NCBI GenBank assembly: GCA_963803805.1
Contig: CAWDOD010000010.1
Location: forward strand, 128,001-192,000
DNA: 64,000 nucleotides
Direction of reading: 5' to 3'
Source: an uncultured cyanobacterium
Lineage (GTDB): Bacteria; Cyanobacteriota; Cyanobacteriia; Cyanobacteriales; CAWCAG01
Position 1 is the first letter of the stretch. Each line of letters begins with the position of its first letter. Shown in pieces: positions 14,993 to 30,759 of the stretch. The position numbers and the translations under genes are program-made. Below the pieces are notes generated by a model. It worked only from the letters and a program-made list of their open reading frames with translations. It ran no database searches and was not told where the DNA came from.

Positions 14993-17900
14993 AAGCATTT
15001 ATCTTCAGCTAAATTGGCATCTAAAGCATCATTGACTTCATTTAAGAAAGCTAAACAATTAAACTCTATTTTCGGTTGTATGTGAGGGAATATAGACAAA
15101 GCTCCAATAGATTCGCTACCAATAATATCCTGATAAGGATCTAACTTTAACTGAATCTCTTTATTGTCTGCTTCATAACGAGAAAAATGGAATAGGGTTA
15201 ACAATTGCAGAATTTCATTCTTTAAGCCACGATTTTCGTCGTTATCAATTAAACCAGCATAAATATCGTTAGTATCAAGAAGATTCTGCTCATAGACATT
15301 TAACAGCGTAGAATAAGAAATAACCCCATTATAATACTTATCTTTGCCTCCTACTTTAATGCCGTTAAACAAGTTAAAGAAGACTGCAATTTGTTTGGTG
15401 GGGTCATTAATAATGTTAGTTAATTCTTCTGCATCTTGAATATATAAAGACTTACGTTCAATCTGCTGCATACTAACCACATAATATTTATCAAAAAAGA
15501 CAGGATAAATTTTCAAATCTTCTTGTTCTCCTTTAAGATTGCGAATTACTGAAGGAGACATAAAATATAAATTGTCCTTTTCTGTTGCTGTTAAATTCAA
15601 ACTTTGAGAATAAGGAGACTTGGCAATATACAAAATATGTTTGTAGCCATCTTGATAAAGCCTTTCTACTTCTGTAATTACAGCCTCTGGATCATTATAA
15701 AGTCGTTTCTTTTCATAGTGTTCTGATATGGTCTTGCTAGTATAAACTAAAACAGAACCATCATCTTGACGGTTTATTTTGATTATTTCCCCTATTAGAT
15801 TAGATTTTTGATAACTCCCTCTCCAAGCGCGATCACATTCCCGGCTAGATACCACCACTATGGCTAATTTATTAATCTTGGGGTGAGGGAAAGGGTTTTT
15901 CAATTCAAACCGCTTAGGAAGCACATTATAAAGAGAAGAAAGAGCATTCTTAACTTTGTAAGTTTTAACGTCTTTCACTCTAAATCCTTGAGTATTGGAG
16001 CGATGATTGATATTAAAGAGATGAGCTAAAACAGCGAAGTTGTTCCGAAAGAAAACTTCTGCTTTCAACGGATTTCGCTTATCTCCTAAGTGCATTCTCA
16101 CTATAGGAATAAATAATCTACGCTTTAGCTTTTTAGTTGCTATGTCGAGGAGAATTTTGAGACTAACATAACTAAGTAAAGAGAAGACAAAGCGATAGAT
16201 AAACATTTCTCTGTTTTGGGTTTTCTGAAAAATATCTTGCTTGAGTCTGTCGCTTTGATAAGGAAATAAGATTAGCTTTGTATCTTTGAAGCTTTGCTCA
16301 AAAGCTTTTCTGCATTCCTCTTCTCTTGGTACTAAAAGAAGAGGAATAGTAGGAAATTTTCCTGTAAAATATTCCATAGAAAACTCTTGACTATCATCGG
16401 CTTCAAAATAACCAATCTCATCAATTTTTATATCGCCAGAAAGATAACACAAAGAACTAGCATCAATACTAGTATCACCTACAGAAATATATTTTAAAGC
16501 GGTTTTAGTTCTTCTTAAATCCTCACAAAATAGAGTATTAAGTAGATCTACTTTATTAACATCTGTTTCTAAAATACCTTGTTTAACCTTGATCTGAATC
16601 GGATATACCCTAGAACTCCATAACTGAGAGGTTTTTAGCTTGGTTCTTAAAAGGTTCTTTAACTTGTTGATTTTTCCTTCAGTATTATGCTTCCTAATTC
16701 CTTTAACAATACCTCTTAATAAACTACGTTTCTTTCCCTCATCAGAACCTTTTAAAATAGGTAGAATATTCTCTTCAAACTTCTCAATAACTTCATAATC
16801 TAAATCAGAGTTAGCATTATGATCTTCTTTATGAGGAGCATTCCCGGCAAAAACGAAAAAATATAATACTGCTAATCGTATTACCTTCCTAGCAAACCAT
16901 TCTTTTCTAGACTCATTTTCTAATTCTTCTTGATGCTGTTGACTATTAGGGTTAAGTAAATCTAAATTATATTCTAAAACCGTTTTCCCATCTTCAGATT
17001 GAATCTTACCTGCCAACTTGAGCTTCAAACCAAAAATGAAATTTAATTCACCTTTATTGTCATCCCTAATTTCTCCTAAATTACCATCAATTTGGGGAAT
17101 AATTGGTAATGAATCAAAAGCCTCAGCACGTGCGAATATTTCCTTAAGATTAAAAGCTGTTTCTCCATAAACAACTCGATAATCTCCATCTGGCTTGTCA
17201 GCAGTATTGATGTAAGCTTCTAAAGCTTGCAAACGTCTAATGAGAACTTCTAAATAAATAATATCTTTATGTTCACCAATATGCTCCAATAGATATTCTA
17301 AATAGTTAATCTTGGCGGTGCGTTGAACTTTAGCGATCGCCTCTGTATCCATCAAGCGTTTTAAGGCATACCAATCAGAATCTAGTTGATCTCGATCTTC
17401 ATATAAATCCTCCAAAACATCAGCTAACTCATCTTTACTGTCACTGTCGGCGAATTTGTGATTTATATAATTACTTAAACTTTCTTTTAGCTGTAAATCA
17501 AACTCTCCTTTAGTATTTTTGATGCGAATAATCAAACGGTGAAACTTAAGGAAGGGATTATCCTTATCTTCATGCTTAAGAGTAAGTCGTTGCTTAGATA
17601 GCCCGGTATACTTTTTCTGGAAATCATAATTAAGGCTAATTTTGTCCCCAACCTTACCTTGAAAGCTAGCTAAAGGAGTATATAAATCCTTAAGATAATC
17701 TTCTAAACAACTACATTCATTCTCTTTCAATAAAGACTCTAAATATGCCTGCAAACTCTCTCTAATTTTTCTGTTGTAATCAACAAAACTATCTCTTGAA
17801 GACTCCGTTAAACTAGTAGTCGCAACCTTCCCTCCCCGCCAATTACTCCCCAAAGGCATCTCTATTGTCTTTGTGATAGCTACGTTATAAGCAATCTCAT

Positions 17901-18042
17901 CTATATTAATAAATAGCTGTTTACCATTTTTGGAGATTTTAAAAGGATTAGTAGTTTTGAGACTTTTTAAGATAGCTGCTAGTAGACTGCTGTAATCGAG
18001 ACTAACCAGGCTGCGATTGCCTTCTCCAATAGTATTTACCAT
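14989..18042 (-). CDS. 1017-aa protein with putative divergent MID-PIWI (Argonaute-like) C-terminus
   Basis: The long ORF is certain; the fold is inferred from motif order (NTQGF...KNALSSLY; LAIVVVSS; HILYIAK; IYPVFFDK; EILQLLTLFH; LKLDPY). Confidence 0.62.
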   Translation of the reverse strand: MVNTIGEGNRSLVSLDYSSLLAAILKSLKTTNPFKISKNGKQLFINIDEIAYNVAITKTIEMPLGSNWRGGKVATTSLTESSRDSFVDYNRKIRESLQAYLESLLKENECSCLEDYLKDLYTPLASFQGKVGDKISLNYDFQKKYTGLSKQRLTLKHEDKDNPFLKFHRLIIRIKNTKGEFDLQLKESLSNYINHKFADSDSKDELADVLEDLYEDRDQLDSDWYALKRLMDTEAIAKVQRTAKINYLEYLLEHIGEHKDIIYLEVLIRRLQALEAYINTADKPDGDYRVVYGETAFNLKEIFARAEAFDSLPIIPQIDGNLGEIRDDNKGELNFIFGLKLKLAGKIQSEDGKTVLEYNLDLLNPNSQQHQEELENESRKEWFARKVIRLAVLYFFVFAGNAPHKEDHNANSDLDYEVIEKFEENILPILKGSDEGKKRSLLRGIVKGIRKHNTEGKINKLKNLLRTKLKTSQLWSSRVYPIQIKVKQGILETDVNKVDLLNTLFCEDLRRTKTALKYISVGDTSIDASSLCYLSGDIKIDEIGYFEADDSQEFSMEYFTGKFPTIPLLLVPREEECRKAFEQSFKDTKLILFPYQSDRLKQDIFQKTQNREMFIYRFVFSLLSYVSLKILLDIATKKLKRRLFIPIVRMHLGDKRNPLKAEVFFRNNFAVLAHLFNINHRSNTQGFRVKDVKTYKVKNALSSLYNVLPKRFELKNPFPHPKINKLAIVVVSSRECDRAWRGSYQKSNLIGEIIKINRQDDGSVLVYTSKTISEHYEKKRLYNDPEAVITEVERLYQDGYKHILYIAKSPYSQSLNLTATEKDNLYFMSPSVIRNLKGEQEDLKIYPVFFDKYYVVSMQQIERKSLYIQDAEELTNIINDPTKQIAVFFNLFNGIKVGGKDKYYNGVISYSTLLNVYEQNLLDTNDIYAGLIDNDENRGLKNEILQLLTLFHFSRYEADNKEIQLKLDPYQDIIGSESIGALSIFPHIQPKIEFNCLAFLNEVNDALDANLAEDKCL

Positions 18043-18344
18043 AATCGTGATATCTTAAAATTTAATAGTTTGGGGTTTGGGGGAAACCAATTAACTGAGT
18101 AAATTACTGCCAAAATTATCCTACAAAAGTATCTGCTCTTTTAAGCACTTGCACCGAATTATTTACCTAATCTGAACCAAAATGATTAATCAGAATCATA
18201 ATTGCTCCCTACAAAGGTAGGTAAAACTCTCCTCAATTACTACTTGACAAAAGAATTCCTTTGTGGGTCTAGCTGTATCTATTTTCCTGAATTCCTTGAA
18301 TTGTTAGCAATTCCAGCCTTCTGTATCCATCCTCAAGAAAAGTA

Positions 18345-20082
<1,738 letters not shown>

Positions 20083-20123
20083 TGCTCTTTATTCGCCATT
20101 AGCACCGTAGCTATAGTCTTTTT

Positions 20124-20158
20124 AAGGCAGCCTGTTTTTTCACAAACAGGCTGCTTTT
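20124..20158 (+). terminator. Intrinsic terminator after groEL2
   Basis: GCAGCCTGTTT...AAACAGGCTGC-TTTT hairpin. Confidence 0.85.
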
Positions 20159-20179
20159 CTCATAAATACTTGAGCAAAA

Positions 20180-20818
20180 TTAATCTAAATCAGCTTGATG
20201 TTCGCACTTAAAACCTTTTTTTTCCCAAGTGTTAATCTCCACATCCTTCAGCCTCGTTAAATCAGGACAGGAAGGACGTACAAATTGGCTGATTATAGCC
20301 CAGAAGAAACTGCGAGTAATATCCAAAGTTGTTTTTAAACTTGACTCTTGGTTTCCAGGAATGCCTTTTTCTGGGGCAATATCTGTTTCTACCCAAATAC
20401 CATGGGAACCAAGGATAATTTGAGCCATAAATTGGGCGCGGGGGAGATGAGTTTGGGACGTGATTAATTTAACTTTATGAACTTTCCAGTTGCGGAGAAT
20501 ATCAAGTCCATAATAAAAATTAGTAAAGGTACTATTCGCACAATGCTCTAACCAAACATTTTCTTTAGCCGCTTTTTCTCGTTCAAAAATCAACCAAATA
20601 CAAGGTTCTAAAGAACCCTGAGAAATAAGAATCTTTGCTTGAGGATAATCTTTAACTAAGGTTGCTGCATAAATTTCTCGCCGAATGCTACCCCCTAAAA
20701 CCAAGAAAGCATCCACAGGTTGCTGTCGGTGCAAAAATAGTTTTATGCTAATTATTAACAACCAGATACTGAAAAAAAGTACTACGGCAATTCCAAAGTG
20801 CTTTTTATGGTTAGCCAT
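20180..20818 (-). CDS. YdcF/ElyC/SanA (DUF218) family protein
   Basis: N-terminal TM, DAFLVLGG, ANSTFTNF, LITSQTHLPRA. Confidence 0.88.
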   Translation of the reverse strand: MANHKKHFGIAVVLFFSIWLLIISIKLFLHRQQPVDAFLVLGGSIRREIYAATLVKDYPQAKILISQGSLEPCIWLIFEREKAAKENVWLEHCANSTFTNFYYGLDILRNWKVHKVKLITSQTHLPRAQFMAQIILGSHGIWVETDIAPEKGIPGNQESSLKTTLDITRSFFWAIISQFVRPSCPDLTRLKDVEINTWEKKGFKCEHQADLD

Positions 20819-20953
20819 TGAGGTTAGTTAGTAAGAAACTTTGAAAGATATTCTACCTAAGTAGTGTAATCGTGTGACATAAAAAAAGCATATATTATAT
20901 TGATAACATTCCCCTGTCATGTCTACTTTAAAATACCCTTTCTACAGTCATAG

Positions 20954-23140
20954 ATGTTCTCTCGACTAAAATATCAAATGAGTTCTTGGCGATCGCAAGC
21001 TTTATCGACTTGGAAAGGTAGAGTGGCGGTAACAAGTGTGGTGGTTACGGGGTTGGTATTAATTACTCGTCAGTTGGGCTTCTTACAGGGCTTGGAACTC
21101 AGCGCCTATGATCAGTTGCTACGCTGGAAACCAGAAAGAGGGGGAGATGAGCGTATTTTAATAGTTGGTATCACGGAAGAAGATATCAAAAGCACTATTA
21201 AAGAATTTCCCATTTCAGATGGAACCCTTGCTGAAGCTTTAAACAAAATTCAAGCTAGTAAACCCAGAGCAATTGGTTTAGATATTATTAGGGATGTACC
21301 AATTGGCAAAGGTCGTAATAAATTAGTAGAAGAGTTTGAGCAACCTAATTTGGTGGTAGTTTGCCAAATGAACGAGGCTGAAGATCCTGGATTTGCTCCC
21401 CCTTCAGAACTTCCTTCAGAACAAATAGGTTTTGCTGATTTTCCCCAAGACATAGATAACGTCTACCGCCGTAGTTTTTTACTTGCCCTTCCCCCTATCC
21501 CAGAAAGAGAGTATAGCAGTCAACATCTGTGTAATGATTCAGAATCAGAAGAATTGCTCTATTCTCTCTCCTTAGCTGTATCAATTCTCTATTTAGAAGA
21601 GGAAGGAATTGAAGGAAAAATTACTGAATATGATGACCTGCAATTAGGAGAAACAATCTTCCCTTTTCTCTCTCCTAATGCTGGGGGTTATCATAGCACT
21701 GACGCTGACGGACTACAAATTCTAATCGATTACCGTTCTGCTAAGAACGCAGCTAAACTGGTTAGTCTCAACGACATTCTTACAGATAAAGTAGATCCTG
21801 AATTAATCCGCGATCGCATTATACTTATTGGCTATGAAGCAAAAAGTTCCCAAGATACCTTTAATACTCCTTACAGCGCTGCCCTAAAGACAAATCCGAG
21901 GATGCCTGGGGTTGGGGTTCATGCCCAAGTTACTAGCCAAATTCTCAGCGCTGTATTGGATAATCGTCCCTTGATTTGGTATTTACCAGATCCGGTGGAA
22001 TGGTTATGGATCTTGATTTGGTCAGCATTAGGAGGTATTTTAGCTTTACCAAAATTGAAGTTGTGGCAAGTTGCCTTGGTTGATGGTGTTTCCTTGGGGG
22101 TTTTGGTTGGTGCAAGTTATGGCTTATTTTTGTTAGCAGGGTGGATACCTTTAGTACCTCCAGGTTTAGCTTTGATAATGACTTCTGTCGGGGTTATTTT
22201 AGTTGATAGAGTACCTGCGATTAAAAAGTTACTCAAAATTGATATTGATATTGATTGGGAAAGGGTAAATAAAGATGTCAATGAGGCTTTGGGATCTGTA
22301 GCAATAGAAGAAGAAGCAGCCTCATCACTTCTTGAATCTGCGCCAGAACAAGATAACTACTTAACTCAGTTGCAAATTAGGGCTGAAACTAGGCGCAAGC
22401 AAACGAAGAAAGCGACAACGGGAAGAGTTATTGCTGTTAATCAAGTTTCAGAAACAGCTACTAAAGATAATTTTTTGGCCCAACTCCAAGATAAAGCCCA
22501 AACAAGAAGAAGCAAACGTCAGGGTCAAATTACTGAAATTTCTTTACCAATACTAATAGAAGAAGAAAACTTTTTAGGGCAGTTGCAACAAAAAGCTCAA
22601 GTCAGGAGAAATCAGACAAGAAAAGCATCAGTTAAAAGAGTAACACCTTCAGTTAACCTAGTTTCAGAAAGCACTGCTAAGGATAACTTTTTAGCTCAAC
22701 TACAAACTAAAGCTCAAACAAGAAGAAATAAAATGCAGCCATATCCTCCGGTTGCAGAAACACCAACCACAGAAAGTAACTTCTTAACTCAACTGCAAAC
22801 CAAAGCCCAAGTAAGACGCAATAAAGCTAAGCAAACCCCTACTCCAGTAGTTAATCAAGGTTCTGAGACTATAACCAAAGATAACTTTCTGACGCAATTG
22901 CAAGCGAAAGCGCAACTACGACGCAACAAAGGTAAGCTAAAAACAACAGCCCTTTCTCCTCCGATTACAGGAAGTTATATTGAGCAACTCAAACAACAAT
23001 CAAAGCAACGCCTACAAAAAGCAGTTACTGAAGCTTCTCCCCCTCCAGTTGTAACAACCAAGCAAACTCCTCATAGCAAGGTGCGTAATAAGTACTTGGA
23101 AGATCTTTTAGCTAGATCAAGAAGATTGAGGGAAGGTTAG
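20954..23140 (+). CDS. CHASE2 sensor-domain membrane protein with repetitive basic C-terminal tail
   Basis: LELSAYDQL, ILIVGITEEDI, IGLDIIRD, IGFADF, MPGVGVHAQVTSQILS, three TM helices, then NFLxQLQxKAQxRR repeats. Confidence 0.9.
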   Translation: MFSRLKYQMSSWRSQALSTWKGRVAVTSVVVTGLVLITRQLGFLQGLELSAYDQLLRWKPERGGDERILIVGITEEDIKSTIKEFPISDGTLAEALNKIQASKPRAIGLDIIRDVPIGKGRNKLVEEFEQPNLVVVCQMNEAEDPGFAPPSELPSEQIGFADFPQDIDNVYRRSFLLALPPIPEREYSSQHLCNDSESEELLYSLSLAVSILYLEEEGIEGKITEYDDLQLGETIFPFLSPNAGGYHSTDADGLQILIDYRSAKNAAKLVSLNDILTDKVDPELIRDRIILIGYEAKSSQDTFNTPYSAALKTNPRMPGVGVHAQVTSQILSAVLDNRPLIWYLPDPVEWLWILIWSALGGILALPKLKLWQVALVDGVSLGVLVGASYGLFLLAGWIPLVPPGLALIMTSVGVILVDRVPAIKKLLKIDIDIDWERVNKDVNEALGSVAIEEEAASSLLESAPEQDNYLTQLQIRAETRRKQTKKATTGRVIAVNQVSETATKDNFLAQLQDKAQTRRSKRQGQITEISLPILIEEENFLGQLQQKAQVRRNQTRKASVKRVTPSVNLVSESTAKDNFLAQLQTKAQTRRNKMQPYPPVAETPTTESNFLTQLQTKAQVRRNKAKQTPTPVVNQGSETITKDNFLTQLQAKAQLRRNKGKLKTTALSPPITGSYIEQLKQQSKQRLQKAVTEASPPPVVTTKQTPHSKVRNKYLEDLLARSRRLREG

Positions 23141-23335
23141 AGGAGAAAGGGTTGCACTAAGTTCATCAGGATTCTCTTTAAAGAGATACTTACAGGAGCG
23201 CGATCGCGATTTACCGTGAGGTTGTAGTCAATAGAGCTTAAGAAGTTTATTTCTTGTAGAGCCTCAACCCTTACCCTTGCCGTTTACCCTTCACTACAAC
23301 CAACATATTTCCGAGACAACTAAAGAAAAACGGTA

Positions 23336-23794
23336 TTAGAGCGGTGTCACTTGAATTTCCACCTCAGCATCTACTTCAGGATGAAGTTTGACTTGAGCTT
23401 TGTAGAAACCAATCTTATTGATTTCTGGTAAAGTGATACCACGACGATCAATCTCTTGCCCTGTAGCAGCTTCAATGGCTTCAGCCACCTCAATACTAGT
23501 CACTGTACCAAAAATCGCCTCGTCTTCTCCCACTTGCTTTTTAATATTGAAACGACCAATAGTTTCCAAAGCTGTCTTACGGCTTTGTGCCTGACGTTTG
23601 ATCTCCTCTAATCTTTGTCTTTCTTTTTCTCTTCTTTGTTCTACCTGCTTGATAATTCCACGAGTAGCAGGAACAGCTATTCCTTGAGGAATTAAGTAGT
23701 TACGAGCATAACCTGGGGCAACTTCTAACAAGTCTCCAGATTGACCTAGTTTACTAACATCTTTATTAAGTACTATTTGAACTCGCTTAGCCAT
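23336..23794 (-). CDS. rplI: 50S ribosomal protein L9
   Basis: [26 protein letters not shown]; start MAKRVQ. Confidence 0.98.
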   Translation of the reverse strand: MAKRVQIVLNKDVSKLGQSGDLLEVAPGYARNYLIPQGIAVPATRGIIKQVEQRREKERQRLEEIKRQAQSRKTALETIGRFNIKKQVGEDEAIFGTVTSIEVAEAIEAATGQEIDRRGITLPEINKIGFYKAQVKLHPEVDAEVEIQVTPL

Positions 23795-23954
23795 AATTTT
23801 TCCTCTCGGCATTGCCGCTTAACTATAAAGTGTCTCAAAGCAAAATATTTTTGAGCAATAACATTCTATATTATCAACTCTGCTCGAATAATTGCAGTTT
23901 AATTTTTGGAAATGGGGTTTGCTCCGGCATTTAAAGAAGCCGGGAACAAAAAAC

Positions 23955-24022
23955 TATAGCAACCGCCAATGAGGCATTCACCTCAAGCAGGTATCTCTTT
24001 AATATCTTTCAACCTTGCTATA
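23955..24022. repeat. Small inverted-repeat-bounded element, MITE-like
   Basis: TATAGCAA...TTGCTATA termini; same end type as 55541-55643. Confidence 0.4.
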
Positions 24023-24062
24023 AACTTTAGATTGACAACTTGTCACATGGGGAATTTAAGTC

Positions 24063-24323
24063 ATGGCCCGCATTAATCCCTACACTCTACGAATGCAAAT
24101 CTCTCGTATGTTTGAGCAAGGGCAATCTTTCTTTGCTAAGACAAAAGTAGAAGATTGGTTACGAGAGCGTAAAGAAAATCCCCTGGAGTACGATGTTTTA
24201 TTTCATCAAAGACCTGCTCCGGAAGGTTCAGACCTAACTACCACAATTGAAATAGAACTTCGGCGTAAAGATGAAACTCCGGTAGATACTTGGTTACAAG
24301 AAGAAGTTAATCGTTATCAGTAG
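24063..24323 (+). CDS. Small hypothetical protein, 86 aa
   Basis: ATG ORF with protein-like composition filling the gap before the rrn promoter. Confidence 0.75.
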   Translation: MARINPYTLRMQISRMFEQGQSFFAKTKVEDWLRERKENPLEYDVLFHQRPAPEGSDLTTTIEIELRRKDETPVDTWLQEEVNRYQ

Positions 24324-24419
24324 TGAGGATTCGATTTTTTCCAAAGTCCAAAAGTCTTATTTGTGTGGTGTTGAGAGTAGATGGGGGAGGTTAGAGAGAT
24401 ATTTATTTTTGAAAAGGTA

Positions 24420-24448
24420 TTGACAAAGGATGTGAGGGTGAGTATATT
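24420..24448 (+). promoter_or_regulatory. Sigma70-type rrn promoter, operon 2
   Basis: TTGACA-17-TATATT, identical to copy 1. Confidence 0.85.
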
Positions 24449-24652
24449 GGTAAATGCGCGGTTGAAAGGACTTGCTTCTTTCAGCGCCAGCACCTGGAAA
24501 AAACAATAGTTTGAAAGCAGTGCGAACCAAGCAAATGTTTTGCTTTTGAAGAAAGCGAAATAGATTGCGAAGAACCTTCGTCAAAGAAATGAATAAGAAG
24601 TAGCTACATTGTAAAAGGTGTAGTTATAAAGAGCTTAAGAACTCAAACCATA

Positions 24653-26140
<1,488 letters not shown>

Positions 26141-26263
26141 TAGGGAGACCAGTTTTCAGTTCTCAACCCAATTGTATTGAGGAGACTGAAAACCATCCCA
26201 AGGTCGTTCGAAGGAAATAGGGGAGTAAAGCTTTCAAACTAAAGTTCAGGTGAACCTAATAAA

Positions 26264-26338
<75 letters not shown>

Positions 26339-26353
26339 CCACCAACTAAGATT

Positions 26354-26426
26354 GGGGGTATAGCTCAGTTGGTAGAGCGCCTGCTTTGCAAGCAGGATGT
26401 CAGCGGTTCAAGTCCGCTTACCTCCA
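26354..26426 (+). tRNA. trnA: tRNA-Ala(TGC), copy 2
   Basis: Identical to copy 1 (offset 21812). Confidence 0.98.
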
Positions 26427-26641
26427 CCAAAAGAAAAGATTGAAATAAATTCAGCACCTTGTCTAACTTCAGGAAATTTCCGAGAGTAGAGAGTCTGCTG
26501 GGTAATATATCCAGTCAGAACCTTGAAAACTGCATAAGAAACAGAGTAGAAAGTAACAAATGAAAAGGTAGTAAGTGAATGCCCTACTTGATAAGAGTAG
26601 AGAGCATTTGCTTGCACGTATCTTCAAATTTTAAGCAACTT

Positions 26642-29475
<2,834 letters not shown>

Positions 29476-29539
29476 ACTTCTACTTTGTTTCTTTGCAGTC
29501 TTGAGGGTTTTGTTTCTCAACAATGCAAGACCATTTCTT

Positions 29540-29658
29540 GCCTGGTGTATTTAGTGCAGTGGCACCACTTCGATTCCATCCCGAACTCGACTGTGAAACT
29601 CTGTTGCGGCGACGATACTTTGAGGGTTGCCTCCTGGGACAATAGCTCTTCGCCAGGC
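29540..29658 (+). rRNA. rrf: 5S rRNA, copy 2
   Basis: Identical to copy 1. Confidence 0.96.
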
Positions 29659-29674
29659 TCTCTATTTTAACATT

Positions 29675-29711
29675 AAAGACTCCTCTAACACCTAGAGGGG
29701 TCTTTTGTTTT
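29675..29711 (+). terminator. Intrinsic terminator of rrn operon 2, abutting the convergent thrB stop
   Basis: Same hairpin as 7863-7899. Confidence 0.88.
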
Positions 29712-29713
29712 GT

Positions 29714-30649
29714 TTATGCGTGTCCGGCAATTTTTGTTCCTCCCCGATCAATATTTAAAACTCTAACATCAGCTTGAATTCCTTGTCTTTCCCAAGCTTC
29801 AGCCATTGCACTAACCACAGTTCCTGCACTTTCGGAGTTTGTTAATGAAAGTAAAGTTGGGCCGGCACCACTAATTACAATTCCGTAAGCACCTGCACAC
29901 AAAGCCGCAGATTCTACTGCTTCATAACCACGAATTAAACTTCTTCGGTAGGGTTGGTGCAGTTTATCGGCCATCGCTACCTTTAACCAATCTCTCTTTC
30001 CTGTTTCAAAACCCTTAATCAATAATCCTAAGCGAGAGATATTGAATACAGCATCGGCATGACTGATTTGAGGTGGAATAACTTTTCTTGCTTCTTCTGT
30101 AGATAGTTCAAAGTCGGGAATGGCAACGACAGAGATTATATCTTTATGCCAAGGTAGTTGACAGATTGACCAACCTCCTTGCTCATTTTTGATAGATAGC
30201 TGACAACTACCTAACAAAGCAGGTACAACATTATCAGGATGCCCTTCAATAGTGATCGCTAAATCCCTCAATTGAGATAGTTCTAAGGGTCTTCCTGCTA
30301 TTTCGTTAGCCCCTACTAAGCCCCCAATTATGGCTGTAGCCGAACTTCCTAAGCCCCTGGACAAGGGAACCTGCATAGAGATTTCAATTTGGATTGTGGG
30401 AGGTTGCTTTTTAAGGTGTTGGTATAGTTGTAGGAAAGATTGGTATACTAAATTACTTGTGTTGGTACTGACTTTATTCGCTTCTTTCCCCTTAACAAGG
30501 ATTTCTACAGGAATTGAAGCAGATTTATCTAGGCAAGTAAATTTGAACTGATTGTATAGGTTTAAAGCAGCACCAAGGCAGTCGAAACCAGGGCCGAGGT
30601 TAGCGGTGGTGGCAGGCACTGTTACGGTAATAGAGGAAATATTAGCCAT
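29714..30649 (-). CDS. thrB: Homoserine kinase
   Basis: VPATTANLGPGFDCLG, GHMP motif PLSRGLGSSA, EGHPDNV, ISGAGPT. Confidence 0.97.
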   Translation of the reverse strand: MANISSITVTVPATTANLGPGFDCLGAALNLYNQFKFTCLDKSASIPVEILVKGKEANKVSTNTSNLVYQSFLQLYQHLKKQPPTIQIEISMQVPLSRGLGSSATAIIGGLVGANEIAGRPLELSQLRDLAITIEGHPDNVVPALLGSCQLSIKNEQGGWSICQLPWHKDIISVVAIPDFELSTEEARKVIPPQISHADAVFNISRLGLLIKGFETGKRDWLKVAMADKLHQPYRRSLIRGYEAVESAALCAGAYGIVISGAGPTLLSLTNSESAGTVVSAMAEAWERQGIQADVRVLNIDRGGTKIAGHA

Positions 30650-30759
30650 GGGATCTTGTTTTGGGAATGCTCGAACTTGCTTAGATTATCATTTTTTTAT
30701 CTCACAAATTATGTTGGATACTGAAAGAAAGACCTACTACTAATTCCTAATTACAAATT

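Noticed and set aside
22350-22930. Spaced DNA repeats resembling a CRISPR array
   Set aside because: They vary at synonymous positions and are in frame within the CHASE2 gene, so they are protein repeats.
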